Positions 26,532-36,803 of a stretch of DNA of 64,000 nucleotides are shown in pieces. The notes beneath the pieces are model-generated. The model saw only the letters and a list, made by a program, of their open reading frames with translations. It ran no database searches and was not told the origin of the DNA. How positions within the stretch are numbered: position 1 is the stretch's first letter; every line of letters starts with the position of its first letter. A program made the translations under genes and the position numbers. Source of the DNA: Candidatus Micrarchaeota archaeon (lineage in GTDB: Archaea > Micrarchaeota > Micrarchaeia > Anstonellales > Bilamarchaeaceae); the NCBI GenBank assembly GCA_038046765.1, contig JBBSVN010000007.1:32001-96000 (forward strand), given 5' to 3'.

Positions 26532-28517
26532 ATGGGAAAAGGTCAGGCATCTACGGAGTTTTTAGTTATTCTTGCGGTTGCACTTGTAATTTTTCTTGCA
26601 ATCGTAACTATTTCGCAAGATCAACTTACAAAAATAAATATTATAAAATCGCAAAAAACAGCACAAGCTACGGTCGATACGATTGCGGCAGCTGCCGATG
26701 ATGTTTATTCGCAAGGTGTTGGCGCAAGAAAACGCGTTTTTGTCGAGTTTCCAGTCGGATATTCCTCAACAAATTCTTTTGTAAAAAACCGGACCATTAA
26801 TTTAAATTTTTTAGGCAGCGATGTTGCAGTTTCAACTAACTTTGATGTTTATGGTTCTTTACCTGCTTCTAGCGGTTCAACATGGGTTTGGGTAATTTCA
26901 GAGGGAAACATCGTAAGAATAGGGAATGTTAGTCTTCTTTTAAGCAGGAGTTCGATAAGTACTACTCTTTCAAGAAACACAACTAAAAATGAAACTTTTT
27001 ATGTTCAAAATGGCGGAAACGGGTCAATGACTGTTACGATAAGTCAAAACTGGCTTTCTACAAATGTAATCTTAGTAACAACTCCGTTTTCCTTTACACT
27101 GGATTCCGGTCAAAGTCAGCTTGTCACATTAACCTTTACCGCGGATAACGATGCGGTTGGAGTATACACTGGAAGTTTAGATGTTGTTGGTAGTTCAGGC
27201 GGGACAAATGAAACAGTAAACCTTCCAGTTGCTGCGAACGTAGTTATTGGAGGAACACAAGTTCCAAAGCTTACGATAACACCAAGTACATGGAATGATA
27301 GTTTGTTACAAAATCAGTCGGTTCTAAAAGCATTTAATCTTTGTACTAATTCACAAACGAGTTTATCATATGTTAATTTTACTGCCACTGGTTCAACTTC
27401 AGCTTGGTTAAGTAATCTTAATGCTTTAGGTGCGCTTGCAGCTAATACCTGTCAGATAGCAGTTTTCAATTTAACAATCCCTTCAAATACATTTTCTGGA
27501 AATTATAGCGGGACAATCACCGCGACTGGTTCAGACACCTCTGCAACAGATAATGTTGTTATGCAGATAAATGTTGGTGGAAATTTAACTGATATACTTG
27601 GCCCTCTTGTAACAAATATTACAATTACGCCAACTAAACCATTTTACCAGGAACCACTTACCTTTAGGATAACGGGCGATGACTCGCAACGAGGAAATAA
27701 TACTATTGTCAGCTGCGAAACAAACCTGGATAACGGAACATGGTTTATTATGAATCCGGTTGATGGGGCCTACAGTTCGTCAGTTGAAAACGCATCTTAT
27801 ACTTATGCTTCACCATCTTTTGGCAGGCACACTGCTTATTTTAGGTGTACTGACTTTAGAAGTAATGTCGGGCCAACAGCGAGCTATGGATTTAAAATTA
27901 TGAAAGAAATCCTGATGGTTACTAAAGATAATGGACTCGGCGGCGGTGAGCAGGATTGGAGGGATTGGATTACAAGCCATACTTCCGGTTTAGGATATAT
28001 ATGGAATTTTGATGCTATTGATCGAAACACTGTAAATGGGGGAGGTACCGATACGTCTCTATATAGTACTATTCTTATTGCTGATGATGTAACTACTGGT
28101 GGTGCTGGCGCAAGTCTTGTTCCGATACTTATAAATTATGCGAGTAGTGGCGGGTACGTTGTAATTGTCGATAAGGGTGCTGAAAAATCACCACACAATC
28201 TAGGATTAGCAACACAGGATGCAGATGATGAAGATGAGACCACGATTTATGTAGTTTCCAATGCTCACTATATTACAAGTGGTTATACCGTTAATTCTGA
28301 TTTGCAAATTTATACTGTTTCATCAAACAGATATTTGCAGCGAGGTTTTTCTGGATTTAAATTAGCAAACGACCAAAGCGGGAATACAGATAATGCTTTG
28401 GGTTATTCTGGAAATTATGTTATCTGGGGGGCTACAAAACCATACCGGTTTGTTACTGATGGAAATACTATCTCTACAAGAGTTTTTGACTACGCAATAA
28501 ACGGGTCGACAAAATGA
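26532..28517 (+). CDS. Large class III signal peptide protein (minor pilin/adhesin with Ig-like domains)
   Basis: MGKG|QASTEF class III motif, hydrophobic helix, S/T/N-rich beta-sandwich repeats, many N-X-S/T sequons. Confidence 0.85.
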   Translation: MGKGQASTEFLVILAVALVIFLAIVTISQDQLTKINIIKSQKTAQATVDTIAAAADDVYSQGVGARKRVFVEFPVGYSSTNSFVKNRTINLNFLGSDVAVSTNFDVYGSLPASSGSTWVWVISEGNIVRIGNVSLLLSRSSISTTLSRNTTKNETFYVQNGGNGSMTVTISQNWLSTNVILVTTPFSFTLDSGQSQLVTLTFTADNDAVGVYTGSLDVVGSSGGTNETVNLPVAANVVIGGTQVPKLTITPSTWNDSLLQNQSVLKAFNLCTNSQTSLSYVNFTATGSTSAWLSNLNALGALAANTCQIAVFNLTIPSNTFSGNYSGTITATGSDTSATDNVVMQINVGGNLTDILGPLVTNITITPTKPFYQEPLTFRITGDDSQRGNNTIVSCETNLDNGTWFIMNPVDGAYSSSVENASYTYASPSFGRHTAYFRCTDFRSNVGPTASYGFKIMKEILMVTKDNGLGGGEQDWRDWITSHTSGLGYIWNFDAIDRNTVNGGGTDTSLYSTILIADDVTTGGAGASLVPILINYASSGGYVVIVDKGAEKSPHNLGLATQDADDEDETTIYVVSNAHYITSGYTVNSDLQIYTVSSNRYLQRGFSGFKLANDQSGNTDNALGYSGNYVIWGATKPYRFVTDGNTISTRVFDYAINGSTK

Positions 28518-28918
28518 AAATGCCGGTTAAAATGTTTACAAAACGAGCTCAGGTTTCAGCAGAATTTTCAATCGTTCTTATCTACGTTTTAATGGTATTT
28601 TTCATAATTCTTTTCATATCTGTTTCACAAGAAAACGTTCTAAAGAGTATTAAAGATGATTACGAAGCAAGTGCAGTTGCAACAAAGCTTTCAAGTGTAA
28701 TAAATAATATCTACCTAGCTGGTGATGGAGCACATGTAAATGTTTCAATTGCCTTAACTAGTGACTACAATATAACTGTACAAGATCGTTATCTGTCAGT
28801 ACAAAAAGCATCTGCTATTATTGGAAAGACACTTTTAACAAATCGGACAAACTTTACTTCAATTAATACGAATTCATTTATAATAAAAAATATTCATGGT
28901 GTAATTAATGTCGGGTAA
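28514..28918 (+). CDS. Class III signal peptide pilin-like protein
   Basis: KRA|QVSAEF followed by hydrophobic helix; YLAGDG motif. Confidence 0.85.
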   Translation: MKMPVKMFTKRAQVSAEFSIVLIYVLMVFFIILFISVSQENVLKSIKDDYEASAVATKLSSVINNIYLAGDGAHVNVSIALTSDYNITVQDRYLSVQKASAIIGKTLLTNRTNFTSINTNSFIIKNIHGVINVG

Positions 28919-29402
28919 CTGTAAAAAAGGTCAAATCTGGTCGTTTGATTTGCTTTTTTCTTCTGTGACATTCATACTTATTATTGCCTTATTTATACTT
29001 ACGTGGTCGGTATTTTCTGATAAGGCAAATGAGGAAAAAGAATATATCGAAATCTATCAGGCAGCCTATTTCGCTTCTGATTCTCTTTTATCTACAAGCT
29101 CTGATCCTCCTGGTTTTGAATATGGAAATGCAACTCCAAGTTCATTTAGCTTAGTAACTGAATCAAACGTTATTGATGATCTAAAATTGGATTACCTAAA
29201 TTTAAGTAATTACAGCCTTGTAAAAAAAACACTTGGGCTTGCAAAATATGAATTTTATATTGACATTAGGGATTCAAGAGATCTAAACAAAAGTCTTTTC
29301 TTATTTGGCAACTTAACAAATACAACGCAAAATATTGTTCTTGATCGCATAGTCATATATAATAAAAGTTTGGCTGTTTTTAAGTTCGGGGTAGTAAAAT
29401 GA
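28908..29402 (+). CDS. Class III signal peptide pilin-like protein
   Basis: KKG|QIWSFD followed by hydrophobic helix. Confidence 0.82.
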   Translation: MSGNCKKGQIWSFDLLFSSVTFILIIALFILTWSVFSDKANEEKEYIEIYQAAYFASDSLLSTSSDPPGFEYGNATPSSFSLVTESNVIDDLKLDYLNLSNYSLVKKTLGLAKYEFYIDIRDSRDLNKSLFLFGNLTNTTQNIVLDRIVIYNKSLAVFKFGVVK

Positions 29403-29821
29403 GCGGAAAAAAAACTTGCTTCAAGGGATTTGTCCTTACTATCGATGCTATAATGGCTCTACTATTTATGCTGGTGGCAATAGCCATAATTTTTTCCTAC
29501 AACCTCTCAGCCAAACAATTTGGTAAAGACATCTATCTAACCGAAGTTTCTTTTGACACTTTAAGTGTCCTGGAGAAACAGGGCTTATTTGACAAGCTAA
29601 TTACACTAGGAAATGACAGTGCAATTTTGGATGCATTAAGCCTTACTCCTGTATCAGTATGTACTGACTTAAAAATTATTCAATTACAAAATAATTCTGT
29701 CGTTTCAATAACTTCTGAAACTGGTTGTGGTAACTCAACGTCAGTTTATGCAATTTCAAGAAGGTCATTTATATCAAATAGTACTATATATTTAGGAGAA
29801 TTAAGGAGTTGGTACCGATGA
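29399..29821 (+). CDS. Class III signal peptide pilin-like protein
   Basis: KG|FVLTIDA followed by hydrophobic helix. Confidence 0.8.
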   Translation: MSGKKTCFKGFVLTIDAIMALLFMLVAIAIIFSYNLSAKQFGKDIYLTEVSFDTLSVLEKQGLFDKLITLGNDSAILDALSLTPVSVCTDLKIIQLQNNSVVSITSETGCGNSTSVYAISRRSFISNSTIYLGELRSWYR

Positions 29822-30627
29822 AAGGTTTAATATTAAATATCGCTGCGCTTTCGCTGCTTTTACTTCTGATTTCCCTCTCTACTATACTTTTTTTAAACCT
29901 AAATGAAATTGACAGGGCGCTTCTGACAAACAGGAATGCTTACTATTCAAAATATTATTTTGACGATGTAAGAACAGATATTCTATCGCTAGTTTTTAAT
30001 GCATCAGTCACATATTCGAATACATCTGTAAATGTTACTTTTAGTGAAACAGTACCCAAGCAAAATCTAACTCTTTTACTTACAACTTACAAAAGTTTGC
30101 TTGAGAATAATTATGGAACGCTTGCTAACGCCAATTTTTCCTTAAACATTTCAGAATATACAAAAGGGGATTATACGCTTAAATTTTATGGGTGGCTTTA
30201 CAATGTTTCCTATGCTAACGATCGTATTTCTTTCTTAAGAAATTCTACGAGTGCTAATGATGTCCAAGGGTATGTTGTAAATATAACTAATAGCAAATCA
30301 AGAAAAACTTTTACTAACTTTGTACTTGAACCAACTGGAAGCATGAATCTTACTTTTCGTTACCAGGATCTAAATGGAACAATCGAATTAGTTGGAAATA
30401 TCAATCCTGCAATAAATAATACTGCCAGCATGGTCTATAGCGACAACTCCACCATAACAATAATTATTAATAACGATATCTTCTTACTTTCCTCTGAAAA
30501 TGTAAGTTTTCCCGTTTCTTTTACAAGTTCGATGAAACCAAACCGGAATTTTTCAAAGACATTTACTGTTCCGCTTACTTTTAATTATACTCAATCTACG
30601 TTTAGTAAGTATAGCGAGCTTGACTAG
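29818..30627 (+). CDS. Pilin-like/secreted pilus-associated protein
   Basis: MKG|LILNIA followed by hydrophobic helix; N/S/T-rich body; coupled to the preceding stop. Confidence 0.7.
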   Translation: MKGLILNIAALSLLLLLISLSTILFLNLNEIDRALLTNRNAYYSKYYFDDVRTDILSLVFNASVTYSNTSVNVTFSETVPKQNLTLLLTTYKSLLENNYGTLANANFSLNISEYTKGDYTLKFYGWLYNVSYANDRISFLRNSTSANDVQGYVVNITNSKSRKTFTNFVLEPTGSMNLTFRYQDLNGTIELVGNINPAINNTASMVYSDNSTITIIINNDIFLLSSENVSFPVSFTSSMKPNRNFSKTFTVPLTFNYTQSTFSKYSELD

Positions 30628-30690
30628 TTTGACTAGTTTAATTTCGGCAAATCACTAATCTTTATAAAATAAGTATGGAAAGTGAATTAT

Positions 30691-32430
30691 ATGTTCATTG
30701 AAACTAAGATTGACTTGCTGCTAAAAACTTTATTAAAAAACAATTCTCTTGATTTTTTAGAAGCTTCCAAAACATTGTCTTGGGGTTCGGATGGTTTAGA
30801 AAAGTCCGCTCGTATTCTTGAAGATGCTAAAATAGTTGAAATAAAGTATTATCTTAATCCATTCCAGAAGCCTGCGATTTTTTTAAAGTCTAAGGAATTG
30901 GTTTTAAATCCGTCTTCAAGTGAAAATTCACCTAAAGAAAAAGAAAGGTATGATTTAAAACCCGAAGGCAAAACTCTAGCTACTGTATCTATAAATTATT
31001 CTAACTCTGAAAAGCATCTCTTTTATGATATCAATATTGCAACAGTTTCTTATTACACCCAGCTTTATTTTAATGCAATAAAGGACGAACTAGCCAGAAC
31101 TTATCCGATACAACTAGCAGACATGGCACAAAACGATCTGCAGACTACGGTCATGTTAGAAAAAATATCAAAAAAAATTGCAGATGATGGAGTTGCCAAA
31201 TCTGATCAGGATATTGCACTTATTTCTGATGTTTTGATTCACCAGATGTTTGGGCTAGGGGTAATCGATTCACTTATGCAGGATGCATGGCTTGAAGAAG
31301 TTATAATTAACACGGCTAAACTTCCAATTTCAGTTTATCATAGAAAATACGGCTGGCTTAAAACAAATCTTACGATAAAAACTGAAGATGAAATACTTAA
31401 TTATGCAACACAGATTGCACGAAAAGTTGGCAGAGAAGTTACAACATTAAATCCAATTCTTGATGCTCACTTAAAAGGCGGTGACCGTGTTAATGCCACG
31501 ATTAAGCCGATCGCATCCAAGGGCCATAGTATAAATATCCGGATGTTCGCGCGTAATCCATGGACGATTATTTCGCTTATTGATGAATCACAAAAATCAA
31601 TGTCTGTTGAAATGGCTTCGTTGCTTTGGCAGGCAATGCAGTACGAAATGAATATTATGGTTGCGGGGGGCACTGCAAGTGGAAAAACAAGTATGCTAAA
31701 TGCTCTCGTTTCACTAATACAACCTTACCAGCGTGTTGTTACTATTGAAGACTCGCGCGAATTAAATCTCCCAAGTTATCAGTGGAATTGGGTGCCTATG
31801 GTGACAAGAAGACCTAATCCGGAAGGCCTAGGCGAAGTTACTATGCTCGATTTACTTATCAATTCATTAAGAATGCGTCCGGACAGGATTGTTCTAGGTG
31901 AAGTTAGAAAGAAGGAAGAAGCACAGGTTTTATTTGAAGCAATGCACACTGGACATAGTACGTACTCAACAATACATGCTGATACTGGTGAAGAAGTACT
32001 AAAACGTCTGATGCAACCCCCGTTTGAAGTTTCGCCTATTCTACTAGAAGATATAAATTTGATTGTTGCACAGTTTAGGGACAGGAGAAAAAATATAAGA
32101 AGGACACTACAAATTCTGGAAGTAAAAGAAGGCGAAAAAACCCCTGAAATAAACCATATTCATGTCTGGAGGCCTAGAAAAGATATATTCCAGGCAGTAA
32201 ATTCTCCAAGAAAATATATTGAGTCTCTTAATCTTCACACAGGTATGACTGAAAAAGAAATTAACCAGGATCAATTAGATAAAGGAGAAGTTCTTTCATG
32301 GATGCTAAAAAACGGTGTTTCTTCTGTAGAAGATGTCGGGAAGGTCATGAAGCTTTACTATGCTGAACCTGATTTTATTGTAAATTCTGCTAAGAAAAAC
32401 CTTTTAGCAAAAAAGGTGCTTGAAGAATGA
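30691..32430 (+). CDS. Type IV pilus assembly ATPase (TadA/CpaF/FlaI family)
   Basis: GDRVNA, Walker A GGTASGKT, IEDSREL, LRMRPDRIVLGEVR, HTGH..STIHA. Confidence 0.95.
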   Translation: MFIETKIDLLLKTLLKNNSLDFLEASKTLSWGSDGLEKSARILEDAKIVEIKYYLNPFQKPAIFLKSKELVLNPSSSENSPKEKERYDLKPEGKTLATVSINYSNSEKHLFYDINIATVSYYTQLYFNAIKDELARTYPIQLADMAQNDLQTTVMLEKISKKIADDGVAKSDQDIALISDVLIHQMFGLGVIDSLMQDAWLEEVIINTAKLPISVYHRKYGWLKTNLTIKTEDEILNYATQIARKVGREVTTLNPILDAHLKGGDRVNATIKPIASKGHSINIRMFARNPWTIISLIDESQKSMSVEMASLLWQAMQYEMNIMVAGGTASGKTSMLNALVSLIQPYQRVVTIEDSRELNLPSYQWNWVPMVTRRPNPEGLGEVTMLDLLINSLRMRPDRIVLGEVRKKEEAQVLFEAMHTGHSTYSTIHADTGEEVLKRLMQPPFEVSPILLEDINLIVAQFRDRRKNIRRTLQILEVKEGEKTPEINHIHVWRPRKDIFQAVNSPRKYIESLNLHTGMTEKEINQDQLDKGEVLSWMLKNGVSSVEDVGKVMKLYYAEPDFIVNSAKKNLLAKKVLEE

Positions 32431-33320
32431 GCAAAGTTCGGATACCATTGCTGCTTTTTCCAAATTCCAGGAGGGTAATTCTTCTAAAAAATTATATCTA
32501 CCCAGTTATTTCCTTCGTATCAAATATGGGGTCATTAAAGTATAATTTAATTTCAATAAATCACGAGCAGAGCCTGGATGATTACAGTTTGCATTCTATT
32601 TTTTCAGCAGCAGTTTGGGGGGTATTTTGTGCACTGTTTTCGCTAGGTCTTATGATGTTTCGTTCTTTTCCCCAGGAAAAGGCTATTTTAAGTTCCTTTG
32701 TTTTTGGAATTATTTTCTTTATGCTTTTTTTAATGCTTCATGTCATGTATCCTGGCATAATTGCAAAAAAATTGGGTGAGCGTTCCGAGCGCGATCTACT
32801 TTATGCGCTTCGTGATATGCTACTACAAATTGAAAGCGGAATTTCCTTATACGATTCAATGTATAATATTTCAATATCTGGTTATGGATACTTGTCAAAG
32901 GAGTTTGAGCAGCCTATAAAAATGATGAATAGCGGAGTAAGTGAAAGGGAAGCTTTGCTTTACGTAAGTTTACATAGTAAAAGTGAATACTTAAGGAAAA
33001 TAACCTGGCAAATTATCACATCATTGGAATCTGGTGCAAGCTTAACGGTGGCCCTTCGAAGTACCATGGCTTCTTTAGAAAATTCACAACTAAGATCAAT
33101 ACGAAGTTATTCTTCGAGCCTGAATATGCTTATGTTAATCTATATGCTAAGCGCTGCAGCAATTCCGTCTTTAGGGGTAACTTTTCTAACCATTTTATCC
33201 GCATTTAGTGGAGCAGGAATAGGAAATGAAACTTTTTTGCTTTTGTTTTTGTTTTCAGCAGCAGTACAGTTAATGTTAATTGGTTATATTCAGGTATCCA
33301 GGCCAAATATCTATGATTAG
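32427..33320 (+). CDS. Pilus membrane platform protein (TadB/T2SS-F)
   Basis: TMs with ESGISLYD and ESGASL T2SSF-type segments, downstream of the ATPase. Confidence 0.88.
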   Translation: MSKVRIPLLLFPNSRRVILLKNYIYPVISFVSNMGSLKYNLISINHEQSLDDYSLHSIFSAAVWGVFCALFSLGLMMFRSFPQEKAILSSFVFGIIFFMLFLMLHVMYPGIIAKKLGERSERDLLYALRDMLLQIESGISLYDSMYNISISGYGYLSKEFEQPIKMMNSGVSEREALLYVSLHSKSEYLRKITWQIITSLESGASLTVALRSTMASLENSQLRSIRSYSSSLNMLMLIYMLSAAAIPSLGVTFLTILSAFSGAGIGNETFLLLFLFSAAVQLMLIGYIQVSRPNIYD

Positions 33321-33374
33321 ATAATCATCAAGTAATAATTAGATAATAATTAGTTAAATGTTTAGGTTATCTAT

Positions 33375-34403
33375 ATGAAAAAATTAATTTATAAAAAATT
33401 ATTCTCGGTTGTTCCAAAAAGCGTTTCACAAAGCGCATCCAAGATGCTAATAAAATCTGGTATAAAAGAAGATGTTAAAACCTGGGTCGGAAGGCGGGTT
33501 TTCTTATGCCTAATTTTATCTGTTTTGTTTTTGTTTCTATCTGTTTTATTTTTCAGTTCAATATTCCCTGCAAATTATAATGCTCTTGGTCCTAATGCCA
33601 ATTTATTCGTACTTATTATATCTTTCCTTGGTTCTATTGCTTCTTTTGCACTGCTTGTTTTTATAAGTTATTTAATTTTACTTTATCGCGTTCATGAAAG
33701 GGCAAAACGTATTGAAAAGGTACTGCCTGATTTCTTATTGATGCTTGTTTCTAATCTAAGAGCAGGTATGACTCCTTATGAAGCTTTTATAAAATCGGCA
33801 CAGCCTGAATTTGCCCCCCTTGATTCTGAAATTCAGATTGCCGCTGCAAAAATGCTTGGAAGTGAATCATTGTCTGATGCATTAGAAGAACTAAGGAACA
33901 GGTTCGATTCTAAAATATTTGACCGGACATTTTTATTTTTTAATCGTGGTTTGAAATCCGGCGGTAAACTGGCTAAATTGCTTGAAGGCTGTGCTGAAGA
34001 TATAAGAAAAATCGGAGATCTAAAAGCCGAATATCGTTCTTCTACAAAAAGTTATACTGTATTTCTTATTTTTATTTTAGTCTTTGTTATGCCATTTTTA
34101 CTTGCAATATCTTATCACTTCATTTTATTTTTTAGCAATATTCAGGCACAGCAAAGTGCAAACACGTCAATTACTCTATCCGTATTTAGCGGTAAAATAG
34201 GCATAACTAAAGATTTTATTGAAAGGATGAGTTTGATTATTCTGTTTGTTACTTCTCTATTAGTTTCCTCCCTGATAGGTTCAATATCTGAAGGTAAGCC
34301 TATTTATGGTATAAAATATTTCCCAGTTTTCTTCTTTTTAGGTACATTTGTGATGTATATTTCACGCGATGTTGTGGGAGCTTTCATAAAAGGATTTATA
34401 TAA
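33375..34403 (+). CDS. Pilus membrane platform protein (TadC/T2SS-F)
   Basis: IEKVLPDFL..NLRAGMTP..SGGKLAKLL. Confidence 0.9.
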   Translation: MKKLIYKKLFSVVPKSVSQSASKMLIKSGIKEDVKTWVGRRVFLCLILSVLFLFLSVLFFSSIFPANYNALGPNANLFVLIISFLGSIASFALLVFISYLILLYRVHERAKRIEKVLPDFLLMLVSNLRAGMTPYEAFIKSAQPEFAPLDSEIQIAAAKMLGSESLSDALEELRNRFDSKIFDRTFLFFNRGLKSGGKLAKLLEGCAEDIRKIGDLKAEYRSSTKSYTVFLIFILVFVMPFLLAISYHFILFFSNIQAQQSANTSITLSVFSGKIGITKDFIERMSLIILFVTSLLVSSLIGSISEGKPIYGIKYFPVFFFLGTFVMYISRDVVGAFIKGFI

Positions 34404-34459
34404 CCACTTAAAAAACCTTTATAAATTTATTTTGTATTGCTTAACTTAAGGTGATATTA

Positions 34460-34912
34460 ATGAAGAAGGCACAGCTTTCAACTGAGTATTTAATCGTACT
34501 CGCAGTAGTTTTAGTATTAGTTTTAGTCGTAGTAGGTATTATGAGCGGATTCCCAAGTTTGGGTACACAGGCAAAGGAAAGTCAGTCTGTTTCGTATTGG
34601 TCAAGCGCGAGTCCTCTTTCAATTAAAACATATAAGGCCTCTGCAACTACTTTGGATTTAGTACTTGTAAATCGTTTATCTGAAAAAGTTACTTTAACAG
34701 GTGTAAGTTTAGGAACAGGTGCATCCGTATTTGGAACATCCACTGATTTTGGTCCTGGTGAAGAAAAACAGATTGCTGCAACATTAGCTAGTACATGCGG
34801 TGTTGTTGGAACACAGTTTGATTATGCAAACGTAACAATTACATATACTAAGGGAACAGTAAGCGGACTAAAAGAAGTCGGAACTGTCTCACTTGTTGGT
34901 AAGTGTTCATAA
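34460..34912 (+). CDS. Probable major type IV pilin
   Basis: MKKA|QLSTEYL followed by a Val-rich helix; own TATA-like box (TTTATAAA) and AGGTGA SD; T-rich terminator after the stop. Confidence 0.85.
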   Translation: MKKAQLSTEYLIVLAVVLVLVLVVVGIMSGFPSLGTQAKESQSVSYWSSASPLSIKTYKASATTLDLVLVNRLSEKVTLTGVSLGTGASVFGTSTDFGPGEEKQIAATLASTCGVVGTQFDYANVTITYTKGTVSGLKEVGTVSLVGKCS

Positions 34913-34913
34913 G

Positions 34914-34942
34914 TTTATTTTTTCTTTTTTTCTTTATTTTTT
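34914..34942 (+). terminator. Archaeal oligo-T terminator
   Basis: GTTTATTTTTCTTTTTTTCTTTATTTTTT immediately after the pilin stop codon. Confidence 0.5.
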
Positions 34943-35053
34943 TAATTAGTCCTAGGAAAATATTCTCAAATTATTTTCTACTTTTTGGTGGTACTAAGTT
35001 ATTAATTGTTATTTTAGATAGGTTTTTAAATACGTGGTTATTAATATATAAAT

Positions 35054-35698
35054 ATGAAATTACAACTAGTTTCTCCAAAAAATCCAATGAATAAACGTGC
35101 TTTAGACTTATTAAGGGAAGTATTAAGCAGAACCAAGTCAAAACCAGCTCCTGAGAATGTATCTACGGATGTCGCTAAAATTGAAGCTCGCATAAAAGAT
35201 ATTGAAACGCATGAGGGGAAATTTGGTGCACCCTTTGATGACATTTCTTTTCATGGGATGGATTTAAGTAAGTTAAATCTAAGTGCATATCGATTACATG
35301 GTACTAATCTAAGTAATGCTGATTTTAGAAATGCATTTTTGGTAGGTGTTACTCTTGATTATGTCGATTGTTGTTTTACTGATTTTACTGGTGCTGATTT
35401 AAGAGGAGCAGACATACGTAAAGCATTTCCGTTAAACTCAATTTATGTGGGCACAGATTTACGAATACCACCTAGCTCAATTAAACTTTACACTGATAGC
35501 TATATTTTCGCTGTTCATACTTTTCTTATCAATTGTGCATTTCTTCATACAAAAATAACTCCAGAACAAAAAGAACTATTTATTAGAGTTACTTCTGGTG
35601 TTCTGCCTCCTCGTTTTTTTAACCAGGCGAGATTTCAAGTTGTTCCTTGGACAAACGAAGATCAGAAAGTTGTCGATTCCGCACGTTTTCTTATATAA
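35054..35698 (+). CDS. Pentapeptide repeat protein
   Basis: MDLSK-LNLSA..TNLSN-ADFRN-AFLVG..TDFTG-ADLRG-ADIRK repeats. Confidence 0.8.
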   Translation: MKLQLVSPKNPMNKRALDLLREVLSRTKSKPAPENVSTDVAKIEARIKDIETHEGKFGAPFDDISFHGMDLSKLNLSAYRLHGTNLSNADFRNAFLVGVTLDYVDCCFTDFTGADLRGADIRKAFPLNSIYVGTDLRIPPSSIKLYTDSYIFAVHTFLINCAFLHTKITPEQKELFIRVTSGVLPPRFFNQARFQVVPWTNEDQKVVDSARFLI

Positions 35699-36792
35699 GT
35701 TTCCTCAAATCTTTTAACCATCTTTTCTACAGAATATTCTTTTAACATTTTTTGTCGTGCTGCTTTGCCAATGCCTTCCCTTATTTTCGGACTTCGAATC
35801 AAATAATCTATAGCAGCGGAAAGCTGCAATACATTCTGAGGTTGTATTAACAGTCCGTGCTTTTCATCTTCAATTAGTTCCTCGTTTCCATCAATGTTTG
35901 TAGCAATTACAGGCAATCCTGCTGCCATCGCTTCCATTAAAGCTCCTGGTAGACCTTCCCGAAGTGATGGGAAAACAAAAATGTCGAATGATTTTAAGAT
36001 GTCTGGAATATCTTTACGCTCTCCTAAAAAGACAATGCTGTTTTCGACATGCAAATCTTTTACTAATTGTTGCAATTCGTTTAGCATAACTCCACTTCCG
36101 ACCAAGATTAGTTTAGCAGTTTTATTTTTCTTTAGGATATTCGGCATCGCTCTTATCGCGTACTTTTGTCCTTTAAATTCGTAAAGCCTAGCCACATAGC
36201 CAATTACAAAGTCGTCTTGGTTTAGGCCAAGTTTTTGCTTAGCCTCTTCTTTGGTTAGTTTGCTTTCAAGTTCGCTCCAATTCTTACCGTTTGGTATGTG
36301 CAAAACCTTTTCCTTAGGTACTCCATAAGAAATAAGTTCGTTAGCTCCAGCAAGTGAATTAGAAATATGCAAATCAGCTAGTCCAAGCGTGATTTTATCA
36401 AACCACACTTTAATTTTAGACTTCCCAGTATCCGTATCCCGTTTACCGCAAATAACTTTCTTTCTTAAAATAAGTTTTCCAACTATCCGGGCGATTAAAT
36501 TCTCCTGAAGTAAAAATGAGTTAATTATATCTGGCTTAAGTGATAATACCTTAAATAAAAATAGCGGGTAAGCTACTGGATAAAGATATTTGCATGGCAG
36601 GTTAAGCGATTGTATCTTTATGCCTGCTGCCTTAGCTTCGTTAACTAGCGACCCTCGGTTATAGATGGTACAAATTACGTGTTCAATATCCTTATTCTGC
36701 GAGTTTTTAATTAAAGTTAGAAGCATTCTTTCTGCTCCACCTACTTCGAGGCTTGCGATAAAATGAAGAACTTTGATTGGTCTATTTTCCAC
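35662..36792 (-). CDS. Glycosyltransferase family 4
   Basis: GGAERML, RLYEFKG, FVFPSLREGLPGALMEAMAAGLPVI. Confidence 0.93.
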   Translation of the reverse strand: MENRPIKVLHFIASLEVGGAERMLLTLIKNSQNKDIEHVICTIYNRGSLVNEAKAAGIKIQSLNLPCKYLYPVAYPLFLFKVLSLKPDIINSFLLQENLIARIVGKLILRKKVICGKRDTDTGKSKIKVWFDKITLGLADLHISNSLAGANELISYGVPKEKVLHIPNGKNWSELESKLTKEEAKQKLGLNQDDFVIGYVARLYEFKGQKYAIRAMPNILKKNKTAKLILVGSGVMLNELQQLVKDLHVENSIVFLGERKDIPDILKSFDIFVFPSLREGLPGALMEAMAAGLPVIATNIDGNEELIEDEKHGLLIQPQNVLQLSAAIDYLIRSPKIREGIGKAARQKMLKEYSVEKMVKRFEETYIRKRAESTTF

Positions 36793-36803
36793 AATTACAC
36801 CAG

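Noticed and set aside
30620..30639. Tandem TTGACTAGT duplication at the pilin-like gene stop, and TTAGATAAT repeats near 33317-33350
   Set aside because: Two-copy micro-duplications with no further structure.
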